From: an uncultured Pseudomonadota bacterium
Lineage (GTDB): Bacteria; Oederibacteriota; Muellerivitia; Muellerivitales; Muellerivitaceae
DNA: 64,000 nucleotides
NCBI GenBank assembly: GCA_963770835.1
Contig: CAVYRH010000008.1
Span: forward strand, 32,001 to 96,000
Direction of reading: 5' to 3'
Made by a program: the position numbers and the translations under genes. Each line of letters begins with the position of its first letter. The stretch's first letter is position 1. Below are positions 29,181-39,510 of this stretch, piece after piece. Under the pieces are notes generated by a model. That model saw only the letters and a list, made by a program, of their open reading frames with translations, made no database searches and was not told where the DNA came from.

Positions 29181-31781
29181 ATGCGCCGCATTTGGACCCT
29201 TGGGGTCGCCTTAGTCTTGTTTCATTTCATTCCACTACCCCTGGCGGCCGAAGTGGATTTGGATAATCCTGCCCAGGAAACCAAGCTCAACAAGGAAATC
29301 TGGCATTTCGCCAAGGGCACTTCCTATTCAGCTATGAAGCTTTACGTGAAGCAGGCCCAGGCCAAGTCCCAAAAAGGGCGGACGGCCGAGGTCACCCTGC
29401 CCACCGGTTGGAAGATCGCCCCCGCCGGGGCCCAGTTGGAATTGGGCCGGATGCCCTGCGAGGCCCTTCCCTTTGCCGGGCGTCTGGCGGTCTTAAACAA
29501 CGGCTATTACCGCAAAGAGGACGCGGTGGTTTCCTTCGTCAATCTCCAAACCAATAGCGTGGAAGAGGTATTAACCTTCCACTCCCTTTTCCCCAGTGCC
29601 ACCGTGGGATTGGAAAACGACCTTTACATCAGCGGGGGTTTTGACGGCAGGGTTCACCAGGTCAATTCGGATTTAAAACGGGCGAAGACCTTTACCCTTC
29701 CCGGCTACATCGGGGGCTTGGCGGCGGTCGATGACCATCACTTGGCCGCGGTCCTTTTGCTGACCGACGAGGGAAAGGGCAATTACGAGAAGGGCAGCCT
29801 CTGTCTCTTGAATACCCAGACCGGACAGGTCGAACAAAAGTTGGAAGCAGGCCAGTTTCCCTACGCCGTGCAGTTAGTCGATGGGAAGCTTTACGTCTCC
29901 TTGGAAGGGGAAAATGAAGTCCTAGTTTACGAATCAAAGGACGGGCAATGGCAAAAGACCAAGGCCTTGGAGGTGGGCAAAAGCCCCACTAACCTTTGCG
30001 TCGATGGGGACCGGCTTTACGTGGTCAATACAGGGTCGGACGACCTTTCGGTCATCGATTGCTCCTCGGATGAGGTTACAGGAAAGGTGGACTTAGCCCA
30101 GCACCATTTCCGCTTTGGAGCAGCCCCCACTTCCTGCGCGGCGGATAAAACCCATCTTTACGTTACCCTCTCTTACCTCAACGCCGTGGCGGTCCTGGAC
30201 AAGGCCAAGGGAAGGATCCAGGGCTATATCCCGACCGGCTGGTATCCCACCAAGGTGGCCCTGGATGATTCCAACCTCTACATCCTGAGCGCGAAGGGCA
30301 TCCATCCCCGCCGGCCCAATCCCCAATTGGCCGGGCCTACCAAACCCCCGGGCGAAACCGACTATGTCCTGACCCTTTTGCATGGTTCCCTCTCGACCAT
30401 TCCCTCAATCCAGGTGCCAGCCCACCTTCCGGCTTGGACCCATCAGGTCAAACAGGGCTCACCCCTCCTGAACCCCGGAAAGGGCTTCGACCTTCCCATC
30501 AAACACATCTTTTATGTCATCCGCGAGAACCGTACCTATGACCAGGTGCTGGGGGACCTGCCCAAAGGCAACGGTGACCCCAAGCTGACGGTCTTCGGCC
30601 GGGACGTAACCCCCAACCTGCACAAGATGGCCGAGTCCTTCGTGACCCTGGACAACTTCTACGTGGACGGGGAAATCAGCGTGCTGGGCCACAGCTTCAC
30701 CAGCAGCGGCTACGCCAGCCCCTTCCTGGAATGGCTGGGCAACGTGGGATATGCCGACCGCCTGGGTCCCATGGATCCCAAGGACCACCAGAAGCACAAA
30801 AACTTCTACCCCTATAACAGCATGCCCGGTGCCTTTTCCCCCCTTTATTTGTGGGATGGGATGGACGACAAGGGCGTGGATTACCGTATTTACGGCGAGG
30901 ACTATTATCTTTACACCAAGCCCTTCCGGATCCTGCTGGATGCCTTCGGCCCGGAGAGTGCCCTGGTCCAGAAATTTTACGACACCACCCTGGCCATTGC
31001 CGGTGCGGACAAACGACCGAACGATTTCGTGCTGACCTTCCAGTCCTATTGGCCCCAGGTGAAAACCCTGGAAGGGGCGGAAAAAACCCTGGCGGAGGAT
31101 TCAAAATTCACTTCCATGTTGTCGCAGTATTACGTGGGGGATGACAGCCTGGCCCAGGAGTTGGCCAAGAGCGAACCCTTGCGGGCCAAATTCGCCGACT
31201 TTCTGTTCCGTTATCCCTTTCCCTATATGGGATGGGACTTGAAAGTGACGGATATGGTCCGGGCTAAGGCCTGGAAGGATGATTTTGACGAACAGGTAAA
31301 AACAGGAAAGGTGGCCCAATTGCATTACATCTGGCTTCCCAACGACCATACGTCGGGCATGGACCCCAAGTCACCCAACCCCTTCCAGTACGTTTCCGAG
31401 AACGACGCGGCCTTCGGTTTCATTGCCGAAACCATCGCTAAAAGCCCGGTCTGGAAGGACAGCCTGATTGTCAGCGTGGAGGATGACTGCCAGAACGGCC
31501 CGGACCACGTGGACGCAGACCGAACCACCACCTTCGCCCTGGGGCCCTACGTGAAAAGGGGCGTGGTGGTCAGCGATCAATACGACCAGGAAAGCCTCTT
31601 AAAGACTATGGAAATGCTCTTGGGGCTGGACCCGCTCAACCTGAACGACGGCTTGGCCGTTCCCATGTTCTCCATCTTCACCGACCAGCCTGATTTCACG
31701 CCCTATACCGCACCCGAACCCTCCAAACAGCTGATGGACTCGGACCTGAAGCTTTACCGGGACCTATCGAAGAATCGATAA
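29181..31781 (+). CDS. Second beta-propeller / phosphoesterase paralog
   Basis: Same motifs as 26391-29006 (RENRTYDQVLGD, LPNDHT, DDCQNGPDHVD). Confidence 0.88.
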   Translation: MRRIWTLGVALVLFHFIPLPLAAEVDLDNPAQETKLNKEIWHFAKGTSYSAMKLYVKQAQAKSQKGRTAEVTLPTGWKIAPAGAQLELGRMPCEALPFAGRLAVLNNGYYRKEDAVVSFVNLQTNSVEEVLTFHSLFPSATVGLENDLYISGGFDGRVHQVNSDLKRAKTFTLPGYIGGLAAVDDHHLAAVLLLTDEGKGNYEKGSLCLLNTQTGQVEQKLEAGQFPYAVQLVDGKLYVSLEGENEVLVYESKDGQWQKTKALEVGKSPTNLCVDGDRLYVVNTGSDDLSVIDCSSDEVTGKVDLAQHHFRFGAAPTSCAADKTHLYVTLSYLNAVAVLDKAKGRIQGYIPTGWYPTKVALDDSNLYILSAKGIHPRRPNPQLAGPTKPPGETDYVLTLLHGSLSTIPSIQVPAHLPAWTHQVKQGSPLLNPGKGFDLPIKHIFYVIRENRTYDQVLGDLPKGNGDPKLTVFGRDVTPNLHKMAESFVTLDNFYVDGEISVLGHSFTSSGYASPFLEWLGNVGYADRLGPMDPKDHQKHKNFYPYNSMPGAFSPLYLWDGMDDKGVDYRIYGEDYYLYTKPFRILLDAFGPESALVQKFYDTTLAIAGADKRPNDFVLTFQSYWPQVKTLEGAEKTLAEDSKFTSMLSQYYVGDDSLAQELAKSEPLRAKFADFLFRYPFPYMGWDLKVTDMVRAKAWKDDFDEQVKTGKVAQLHYIWLPNDHTSGMDPKSPNPFQYVSENDAAFGFIAETIAKSPVWKDSLIVSVEDDCQNGPDHVDADRTTTFALGPYVKRGVVVSDQYDQESLLKTMEMLLGLDPLNLNDGLAVPMFSIFTDQPDFTPYTAPEPSKQLMDSDLKLYRDLSKNR

Positions 31782-31818
31782 AGCCATGCCCATCAGGTAA
31801 ATTTTCCCTTCCCGATTC

Positions 31819-33204
31819 TCAGCGGTAGCACTGCATATAGGATTTGGGATCCATGTTCAGTTGGGCGCAGCTGAAGAACTTCCAGTTATCCATGGTGGCC
31901 GGCGGGTTGTCCGTGGAGGACACGCAAACGTACTGGATGTATTGGGCCCGCACCTTGGGATCGTTCTCGATGGATTCGGCCAGGAGAGTCAGGTTTTTCG
32001 CGTCGTAAGCTTCCAGCGAATAGGCCTGCTTGAAGTCATATTCCAGTTTCCAGCCGTCCCCGGCCGAGGCCAAGGGTAGGTAATAGGTGGCCATGTCCTC
32101 AAGGTTCCCCGTCTTCCGGTCATAGAGCATCACCTGGAAGCCGGGATTGTTGAAGCGCACGGGGCTCACCGCCGGCGTAATATGGGTGAAAAATACGGGT
32201 TTTCCGCCCCGGTCCCGCACCACGCGGAAGTCGTCCATATGGGTGTGCCCGCAGAATTCCCCGTCGATCAGGTCCCGGTAGGGTGCCAACAGGTTGAGGA
32301 AGGGCCAAAGGTAGCTATCGCTATAGAAGGTGTGCTGGGGTTTGGTGCGGTCCTCGTGCTCCGAGGCGTTTCGGCCATGGACGCCGGGCGGCATATGGGT
32401 AACCAGCGTGACTCGTTCCTGGTTGGCCCGGGCCTGCTGGAGGACACTGGCCAGCCATTCCATCTCCTCCTTGCTGATGTCCATGGTGGTGCTGCATGCG
32501 GGGGCGTATTTCTTGGACCAGGAAACGTCGTTGAAGACCACGAAACGGCGGCCCTTCAAGGTGGGATGGGACACCGAATAATACCCGCCTTCGAGGAAAG
32601 TCTTCACCGCGGCCGGGTCGTTCGCCACGGTCGTCCATTCCTTCGCCAGGGTGGAAAGGAAGGCCGTCCCCTGGATGAGCCCCCCGTAATCGTCGCAGTC
32701 GGAGTCGTTGTTCCCCAGGCAGAAGTAGACCGGCTTGCCGGGGAAGGCGTCCTGGATGCAGCGGCTCACGAAAACCACTGTTTTCAGGGCGAAATCCTGG
32801 TAGGCCTTTTCGCCACCGTGGGCACCGGGATTGAAGTCGACCCTGAACCCGTGGGAAAGATAGTCTCCGTTGACCAAAACGTAGTCGTAATCCCCCAGTT
32901 GGGCCGCCTCGGCCAGGAAGGACTTGAATAAGGGGTAGTTGGTGTCCTTGCCGTAAGTGGAGAAAACCGTCTGGGGCGAAGACTCAAAAATGGATTTCCA
33001 CTGGTCCACCGGCGCCGCCGCCAGCTGTTTCACGATTGCCGGGTCGGCGTAGGGGTCAAAATGGATGTCCGACATCAGTAGAAAAGTTCCCTTGCTTCCG
33101 GATGGCTGCCAAGGCAGGCCTTCGGCTCCCCAAGCCGGTGCGCCAAACAAGGACAAGCCAACCAAGACAGCCACAAGGGATAGAAACCTCCGGGCGAAGT
33201 TCAT
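31819..33204 (-). CDS. Secreted metallophosphoesterase, acid sphingomyelinase-like
   Basis: SDIHFDP, NGDYLSH, LGNND, THMPPG, GHTHMDDFR, PAVSP...NNPGF. Confidence 0.85.
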   Translation of the reverse strand: MNFARRFLSLVAVLVGLSLFGAPAWGAEGLPWQPSGSKGTFLLMSDIHFDPYADPAIVKQLAAAPVDQWKSIFESSPQTVFSTYGKDTNYPLFKSFLAEAAQLGDYDYVLVNGDYLSHGFRVDFNPGAHGGEKAYQDFALKTVVFVSRCIQDAFPGKPVYFCLGNNDSDCDDYGGLIQGTAFLSTLAKEWTTVANDPAAVKTFLEGGYYSVSHPTLKGRRFVVFNDVSWSKKYAPACSTTMDISKEEMEWLASVLQQARANQERVTLVTHMPPGVHGRNASEHEDRTKPQHTFYSDSYLWPFLNLLAPYRDLIDGEFCGHTHMDDFRVVRDRGGKPVFFTHITPAVSPVRFNNPGFQVMLYDRKTGNLEDMATYYLPLASAGDGWKLEYDFKQAYSLEAYDAKNLTLLAESIENDPKVRAQYIQYVCVSSTDNPPATMDNWKFFSCAQLNMDPKSYMQCYR

Positions 33205-33230
33205 TTTCAAGTTCCTTTCAAGCGGGGTAT

Positions 33231-33264
33231 AAAAAAATCCCGGGTGGAAACCCACCCGGGATTT
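33231..33264 (-). terminator. Intrinsic terminator
   Basis: ATCCCGGGTGG-GTTT-CCACCCGGGAT followed by a T run on minus strand. Confidence 0.8.
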
Positions 33265-33287
33265 GGATTAGCGCCCTTCGCTATTTC

Positions 33288-36200
33288 TCAATAGGTGTTG
33301 GTGTCGTCAAACGAAATCGTCAGGTTGTTGGCGACATCCGTCAAGGCAAAGCTGGAGTTGAAGTAGTAGGGGTCGCCCGGCTGGATGATATCCCCGTTCC
33401 CTGAGGCGCCAACGTAAGCGTAAAAGGCCAGGACGGCGACCGAGCCGGTGGAACAGGGGCCGGGGAAACCCGTGGCCCCAAAGGGAATCACGTCCGTGTG
33501 AGCGCCGTTGGTGGAGTAGCTGTTTGCATCCACCGGGGTGCAGCTGGAGCAGGTTACGCTTCCCGAGGCACCAGTCAAGGTCGTCCCGGTCGGCCACATC
33601 TCCACCACCAGTTGGCGGCAGCCATCCACCGCCCCCTTGGTGCCGTTATAGTTCACCGTCCCGGAAAGGCCAGCAGCCTTGTTAGTATCGTCAAAGCTTC
33701 CGTTGATCCCTGTTTGGGGCGGCATCAAGGCTGTCCAGGCCGAAATGTTGCAGGAAGGCCCGCCCGTCTGGTAGGCATAGACCGAGTCGCCCACGTGGGG
33801 TATCCCGTAGGTGACCCCGTCGCCATAGGCGTTGTACCAGAAGATCGTGTAGTAGCTGGTCGAGGCATTCTGGCCGTCAATGGTATAGGAGCTGTTGTTG
33901 GAGGTCAGGAAAGTGAACGATGGGGTGCCGCCCCCATTGCCCGCGACGACCGCGACTCCCAGGGGATTGGTGGAGTTGACCGTTCCCAAACCGGAATAAT
34001 TGACCGTCCCGCTGAAGCTGTTCCCGTTGTTGACGGGCGTGGCCGTGGGCGTACTGCTGGCGCAAAGGGTGGGAGTGCCCGTAGGGGTGCCCGTCGGCGA
34101 ACTAGTCGGGGTTTTGGTGGGGGTGAATGTTTTGGTGGGCACGGTGGTAGGCACCGTTCCCGTCCAACCCGCACTGCCGTTGGCGCAAACCGCAAGGGGG
34201 GCCGGATCGCCCGAAATGCCTCCCACGAGGACAAAAGCGGATTTTGGAACATTCCCGTCGGCCACCCAGTTGGAGGGGTTTACTACCGCACCGAGGCTGC
34301 TCTGGCAGCTGTTGAGAACGGCGTTTTGGTTGCCGACCTGGTAATCCCCGCTCAGGCCATCTGCGTTCCACAAACCGGACAGGTCAATGGAGGTCGTGGA
34401 ATCGAGAAGGGGTGGAAGGTAGGAATCCCAATAGTTCACCACCGAGCCGGTGGAAAGCCAGCTGTCCGGCCCAAAGATCAACGCGCCCAGGTATTGGGTC
34501 ACCCCCCCGCTCACGGAAAAGGCCAAAACCTTCTCGCCCTCGCCGTTCCCGTTGAGGATAAGGAAGGAGGTGTTCCCGCTTCCCGATCCGGTGGCATTTG
34601 TGATATTGGTCAGGGTCCCTCCCTGGAGCTTATCGTTGTCATTCGTGGTTTTGGCGATGACCACCGGGACATAAGCCCCCAAGCCCGTGGTCGGGGCGGT
34701 ATAAGTGATGATCCCCTCAGTCACGCCGTTTCCGGCGAAATTCGGATCCGGACCCGCGTAACTCACCAGGCCCCCCGCAATGTTGTCATATGAGTCGTTG
34801 GTGAAATAAATGGTCGTGCCGGCGGCCAAACCGTTCGGGGCGACGAAGCCAAACTCGCTTCCGCCATCGTAGATGATGCCGGTGAAAGCGATGCTACCCG
34901 GGCCCAATGGCACCGCAGTATTTGTGACTGTTGCGGTCGGGGAGTTGGTGGGCGTGGAAGAAGGCGTGAAGGTTACGGCCGGGGTGTTGGTGATGGTGGA
35001 GGTTGGCGAATCCGTCGGGCTCAAGGTGGCGGTATCCGTCGGGCTGTCCGTTGGCGTATCGGTCAGGGTTCCCGCCGGGGTTGAGGTGGGTGTGGGTGTA
35101 GTAGCCCCAGCCCAAGTATTACTGGCGACGACCGTAACTCCGTGGGACAGCAAGGCGCCCACTTTATTACTCGTCACGTCGGCGGTTTGGGGGGCTGTCG
35201 GCCCGATCACCGTGTAAGGGTCTCCAACCTGGATGGGCTGGAACGGCTCGTTCGATAACCCCGTCGCCTGGGTGGGGTCCAGATAGAGCAGGACATAAAC
35301 CGAGGAACTTGAATTCAAGTCCTTCATGCACGAAACATTCATGTTACCCGTCGTAAAAGATCCCCAATCGTTCGTCGGGGTCTGGTTGGAGGGCCCGGTC
35401 CCATAGACCTGCGGGTCGTTCATGAAAACCTGCGCCCAGAAGTAATAGGGTGTACTACCGATGGTGACTGCGTCGGTCCCGGACAAAGTTAAAAGGGCGC
35501 CCCCCGTCGTCAAGGAGGCTTGGGGTTTCCCCGAGAACCCCACGTCGCTGTAGGTGTCGTTCATGTTGATCGTGACGCTAGCCCCACCAGAGGAGAGATT
35601 GATAGCTGTCGCTTGGGTGCCGTTAGCATCCGCCCAGGCATAGTTGACCGCACCGTTGTAGTTGCTGTTGACAATGCCGTTGTACATGCCGGAGGGTGCC
35701 CCCACGACGGGGTTGTTTTTCGGGATGGGAAAGGCTTGCCCGGCGCCGGTCAAGTTCGCGTCCGCGCCGACGTAATAGGTCCCTTGGGCCAGGGAAAGGG
35801 TAACCGAAGCGGGGCCGGGAGGAATGGCCGACCAAGTGCTGCCCACCTGGACGACCGTCAGAGGGGCGGACACGAAGCTGGGATCGGTGGAGACCTGAAC
35901 ATCATAGACGCTGGTTCCAACCGCCCCCAAAGAGCCAGTGTAGTTCACTGTAATGACGAGGCTTGTATTGCCGGTCGGGGTGGGCGTCGCGGTGGCCGTG
36001 CTGGTCCTGGTATTGGTGGGTGAACTGGTCGCCGAGCTGGTCAGTGTCGCCGTCGGGGTGTTCGTAACGGTGGAAGTAGCGCTAAGGGTGGGCGTGGAAG
36101 TGGGAGTCGAGCTGTTGGCGGGGACATTTGTGGAAGTGGGGGTGGCTGTGGCCGAGGAAGTTGCGGTCTTCGTCGGCGAATTGGTCGGAGTCAACGTTGA

Positions 36201-36419
36201 AGTCGATCCGGCTGTGTTCGTGGCCGAACTGGTAGGGGTTAGTGTGGCCGTGGAGGTCGGGGTCGTGCTCCCGGAAACCGGGGTGTTGGTGGCCGTATTG
36301 GCGGGCGGGTTGGGGGAAGTGGGGGCGTTTTTCGCCGGACAAGCGGGGAGAAGAAGGGCGGACGCCAAAAGGAGCATTCCAAATAACAAATTCCGTCCAG
36401 CATAAAATTTCAATTCCAT
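33288..36419 (-). CDS. Large Thr/Pro/Ser-rich modular lipoprotein
   Basis: LLLPAC lipobox; three TP-rich linkers; repeated GTVNY.G..G.V modules; central PGSIAFTG...IYFTNDSYD domain. Confidence 0.8.
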   Translation of the reverse strand: MELKFYAGRNLLFGMLLLASALLLPACPAKNAPTSPNPPANTATNTPVSGSTTPTSTATLTPTSSATNTAGSTSTLTPTNSPTKTATSSATATPTSTNVPANSSTPTSTPTLSATSTVTNTPTATLTSSATSSPTNTRTSTATATPTPTGNTSLVITVNYTGSLGAVGTSVYDVQVSTDPSFVSAPLTVVQVGSTWSAIPPGPASVTLSLAQGTYYVGADANLTGAGQAFPIPKNNPVVGAPSGMYNGIVNSNYNGAVNYAWADANGTQATAINLSSGGASVTINMNDTYSDVGFSGKPQASLTTGGALLTLSGTDAVTIGSTPYYFWAQVFMNDPQVYGTGPSNQTPTNDWGSFTTGNMNVSCMKDLNSSSSVYVLLYLDPTQATGLSNEPFQPIQVGDPYTVIGPTAPQTADVTSNKVGALLSHGVTVVASNTWAGATTPTPTSTPAGTLTDTPTDSPTDTATLSPTDSPTSTITNTPAVTFTPSSTPTNSPTATVTNTAVPLGPGSIAFTGIIYDGGSEFGFVAPNGLAAGTTIYFTNDSYDNIAGGLVSYAGPDPNFAGNGVTEGIITYTAPTTGLGAYVPVVIAKTTNDNDKLQGGTLTNITNATGSGSGNTSFLILNGNGEGEKVLAFSVSGGVTQYLGALIFGPDSWLSTGSVVNYWDSYLPPLLDSTTSIDLSGLWNADGLSGDYQVGNQNAVLNSCQSSLGAVVNPSNWVADGNVPKSAFVLVGGISGDPAPLAVCANGSAGWTGTVPTTVPTKTFTPTKTPTSSPTGTPTGTPTLCASSTPTATPVNNGNSFSGTVNYSGLGTVNSTNPLGVAVVAGNGGGTPSFTFLTSNNSSYTIDGQNASTSYYTIFWYNAYGDGVTYGIPHVGDSVYAYQTGGPSCNISAWTALMPPQTGINGSFDDTNKAAGLSGTVNYNGTKGAVDGCRQLVVEMWPTGTTLTGASGSVTCSSCTPVDANSYSTNGAHTDVIPFGATGFPGPCSTGSVAVLAFYAYVGASGNGDIIQPGDPYYFNSSFALTDVANNLTISFDDTNTY

Positions 36420-36474
36420 CACCCACCTCCGATTAAATTTCCTACTTGCTGTTTTTATTCAATTTGAAAAAACC

Positions 36475-36503
36475 AAAAGCACCGGGCCTTTTCAACCCGG
36501 TGC
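36475..36503 (-). terminator. Probable intrinsic terminator
   Basis: GCACCGGG...CCCGGTGC followed by TTTT on minus strand. Confidence 0.6.
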
Positions 36504-36528
36504 ATTAAATTCTTTACGGCTCAAAGCC

Positions 36529-37644
36529 TCAAGGCAGGCTTCCGGTGAAGCCTCCGCCCGACGGGCAAGGCGACACGGCGATTCCCGGGTTCAACTGAGC
36601 GGCGCTCTTGCCCACGTTACCGTCAGCAGTCCAAGTACCACTCACGATGGCCGATAGGCTGGTTTGACAGCCGGCCACCACCGCATTGTCGTTTTCGTCG
36701 GCCACCGGTGTGTCATTGTTCAAATTGTCGTTGTTCCAAAGGGTCGATAGGTCGATGGCGTCGGTGCCGCTGGTTAAAGCCGACGGTAGGTAGGAATCCC
36801 AGAAGGCTGGCCCGGTCGCTGAGACGGCCCCGCCTATGGTGATGTTGGCACTAGGGTTGATGGAACCGGTAGTCTGCCAACTATCGGGCCCGAAGATCAC
36901 CCCGGCGAGCCAGTCGGTGACGCCGGCCGAGGGCACCGCGAAGGCCAGGATCTTATGCCCGTTCCCATTGTGGTTGTTCACCAACCATGAGGTTCCCGTA
37001 GTGACTCCATATCCGCCGGAAACGCCGGCGACGGTGCCGCCCTGGAGCTGCTGGGTTTCGTCCTTTGGGTTGCCGATGACAACCTGCTTATAAGCGGAAA
37101 GCCCCGAACCACCCACGGTATAGGAAATGACTCCTTCCACAATCGTCAAACCGTTGCCGGCGCCATCGTCGCAACAATTGAAGCTCTCATTGACTAATCC
37201 GGTGACCGAGGCGTCGTAGGATTCATTGGTAAAATAAATCACTTGGCCTGGACCGATAAGGGTGGTAGCGACGAATGCGACCTCACTGTTGCCGTTGTAG
37301 GTCAGCCCCGTGAAAGCGATGTCGCCGGGGTTCTGGCCCGCCAGGTTGGTGGCCGTGGGCGTCGCGGAAGCCGTCGGGGTCGAGGTGTAACCGTTCAAAT
37401 TTGTCGCCGTGGGCGTCGGGGTAGTGGTGGGGGTCGAGGTATAACCGTTAAGATTCGTCGGCGTGCTCGTGGGGGTGAACATGGGCGTATGGGTGAAGGT
37501 CGGCGTGTTAGTGGGAGCGGGGACGGGGGAAATGATCTTCGCGTTGCACGACACCAGGGCCAGGGTTCCCGCCAGGGAGCCGGCCGCCATGAGGAGGGCG
37601 GCGATTGCGCCGAAAGCCGGTTTTTGGGGCATTCTATTCATCAT
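36529..37644 (-). CDS. Thr/Pro-rich lipoprotein sharing a domain with 33288-36419
   Basis: ALVSC lipobox; TNLNGYTSTPT repeated; PGDIAFTG...IYFTNESYD...FGPDSW...WDSYLP. Confidence 0.8.
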   Translation of the reverse strand: MMNRMPQKPAFGAIAALLMAAGSLAGTLALVSCNAKIISPVPAPTNTPTFTHTPMFTPTSTPTNLNGYTSTPTTTPTPTATNLNGYTSTPTASATPTATNLAGQNPGDIAFTGLTYNGNSEVAFVATTLIGPGQVIYFTNESYDASVTGLVNESFNCCDDGAGNGLTIVEGVISYTVGGSGLSAYKQVVIGNPKDETQQLQGGTVAGVSGGYGVTTGTSWLVNNHNGNGHKILAFAVPSAGVTDWLAGVIFGPDSWQTTGSINPSANITIGGAVSATGPAFWDSYLPSALTSGTDAIDLSTLWNNDNLNNDTPVADENDNAVVAGCQTSLSAIVSGTWTADGNVGKSAAQLNPGIAVSPCPSGGGFTGSLP

Positions 37645-37713
37645 TTTTTGTCTCCTTAAGGATTAATCATTTTGTATTCAGCCTAAGCCCGGCGCGTTCG
37701 AAAGCGGCGTCCT

Positions 37714-39510
37714 TTACATAATCAGGGCGACGCGAGCCACCATGATTTGTTCGGAATTCTTGGCGGTGCCCCAATAATTCGGGGAATTTCCGCCGGAACA
37801 ATCCGTTTCCTCCCCGTCGCACATGAACTTGAAATTCTCGTTCAGCCACCAATTGAATCCGATCCCGTAGGACATTGCCTGTTGGTAACCCGTGGCCAAG
37901 GGGCCGACCGACGACGGGGCCCAGGAAATGCCGTAACCCGATTGGAAGGACTTGGCGTCGAGGTAACTGCAATGGACGCGGCCCACCAGTTCCAGGGCGC
38001 CCCATTTACCCTCGGCGGGGTTGAAGGGGTTATCCACCTGGGCACCCTCAAAACCGGCCTTTCCGCCGATAACCCACTGGACTTCCGCCAGCCAGGCTTG
38101 GTTGTCCAGTTGCACCGGGGCGATGGGCACTCCGCCGCTCACCGTGGCCGGGATGTTGCCGTTGTTGGCGCCGATCACGCTTTGGATGGAATCCACGTGT
38201 TCGCCCAGGAACCCAAAGGGGCCGTTGTAATAGTAGCCTTGAAAATCAATGTGGTAAAAGGAGCCGTCCGGAACCATGTTTCCCGAATAAAGCGCGATGG
38301 TGTTCCCCCCGATGGAGGTGGCGACACCCGCCCAGGGCGTGTTGTTCAAGTTGCCTCCCTCAAAAAAGCCAATGCCGCTGGTATGGGAGGTGTAAAACTT
38401 GGAGTTGCTGGTCGGGCCGAAAGTTTCGTTGTCCACCGAGGCGCCGCCCCCGATGCCGAGGCCCTTCAGCCATTCATCATCCGTCTTCTCCCAGGGCGTG
38501 AAAAATACACGGGCGGTCAAGGCCTTCATGTCGTAGGCTGGCTTGATAGGCCCGGTGGCGGAGGATTCGTTGTCCTGCTGGCCGTTGGCAATTTCCAGGA
38601 CGTAGTCCACGAAATGGTTGTATTCCCCGTCAACTTCGGCCCCGATGTCCTTGTTGACCGTGAAGTTGGCGATCATGGAAGCTTCCACGAAGGGCAGGTC
38701 GGCGGCCGGTTGGAGCCCTTCCAGGCTCAAGGGATTGCTGAACTTCCCAAATTGAAGGTTGAAAAGCTTATCGAATTTCGCGACCGCGTAAAAATGGTAA
38801 AGGCCGATCGAATCCCCGTAGGACTTGTTGCTCTCCAGTCCGATGGCCAGGGCGTACATCTTGTCGAAGGAGGCCCGGAAATCGAGATGGGCCTTCTTGG
38901 GGACGAAACCGTTCGTGTCGTCGCCGCCGCCGTTATTGGCATTGTGGGCCCCGTTGCCGTTGACGTAGTTAAAAACGGTCTGGCCCTGGCTGTTGACGTT
39001 GAAGCTTTGGTTGTTGATGTCCAGGTCGGTCCAGACGTAGCCCCCCAGCCGGAACTCCGCGTCCCCTTGGGGATTGGAGAAGGAAAGGTAGCGGCTTTCC
39101 GAGTACATGTATTCGTTGGTGTCGTTGAACTTGATTTCATTCAAGTGGACGCCGGGTTGGTAAGGCTGAGTGCCGGCGGCCCCTCCCGGCCCGACCATGT
39201 CTTGGGGATTCGGGGTCGTGGTGGCGGTAGCGGGAGTGGCTGCGGCAGCTTTCTGGGCCGTCATTTCATCTTCCAGTGCCTTCAGCCGCGTTTCTAAATC
39301 CCGGTTCTTTTCCTCGAGGTTTTTCAATTCCGCTTTGGTGCCGAGGGGCTTAGTGGAGGCCGGTGCCGGGGTGGTATCGGTGGATTCGGAAACTGTTGTG
39401 GCCGCGGGTGTTTCCTGCGCTGTTTGATCCTGAGCCAAAACCAGCTTTACGCCTGAAAAACTTAGCAAAGCGACAGCCAGAGACAATCCAACAGTTTTCC
39501 TCAATTTCAC
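37714..39510 (-). CDS. Phosphate-selective porin OprO/OprP family
   Basis: Signal peptide, coiled coil, GKFSNPLSLEGLQ..LPFVEAS, GKWGALELVGR, GFNWWLN. Confidence 0.8.
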   Translation of the reverse strand: MKLRKTVGLSLAVALLSFSGVKLVLAQDQTAQETPAATTVSESTDTTPAPASTKPLGTKAELKNLEEKNRDLETRLKALEDEMTAQKAAAATPATATTTPNPQDMVGPGGAAGTQPYQPGVHLNEIKFNDTNEYMYSESRYLSFSNPQGDAEFRLGGYVWTDLDINNQSFNVNSQGQTVFNYVNGNGAHNANNGGGDDTNGFVPKKAHLDFRASFDKMYALAIGLESNKSYGDSIGLYHFYAVAKFDKLFNLQFGKFSNPLSLEGLQPAADLPFVEASMIANFTVNKDIGAEVDGEYNHFVDYVLEIANGQQDNESSATGPIKPAYDMKALTARVFFTPWEKTDDEWLKGLGIGGGASVDNETFGPTSNSKFYTSHTSGIGFFEGGNLNNTPWAGVATSIGGNTIALYSGNMVPDGSFYHIDFQGYYYNGPFGFLGEHVDSIQSVIGANNGNIPATVSGGVPIAPVQLDNQAWLAEVQWVIGGKAGFEGAQVDNPFNPAEGKWGALELVGRVHCSYLDAKSFQSGYGISWAPSSVGPLATGYQQAMSYGIGFNWWLNENFKFMCDGEETDCSGGNSPNYWGTAKNSEQIMVARVALIM

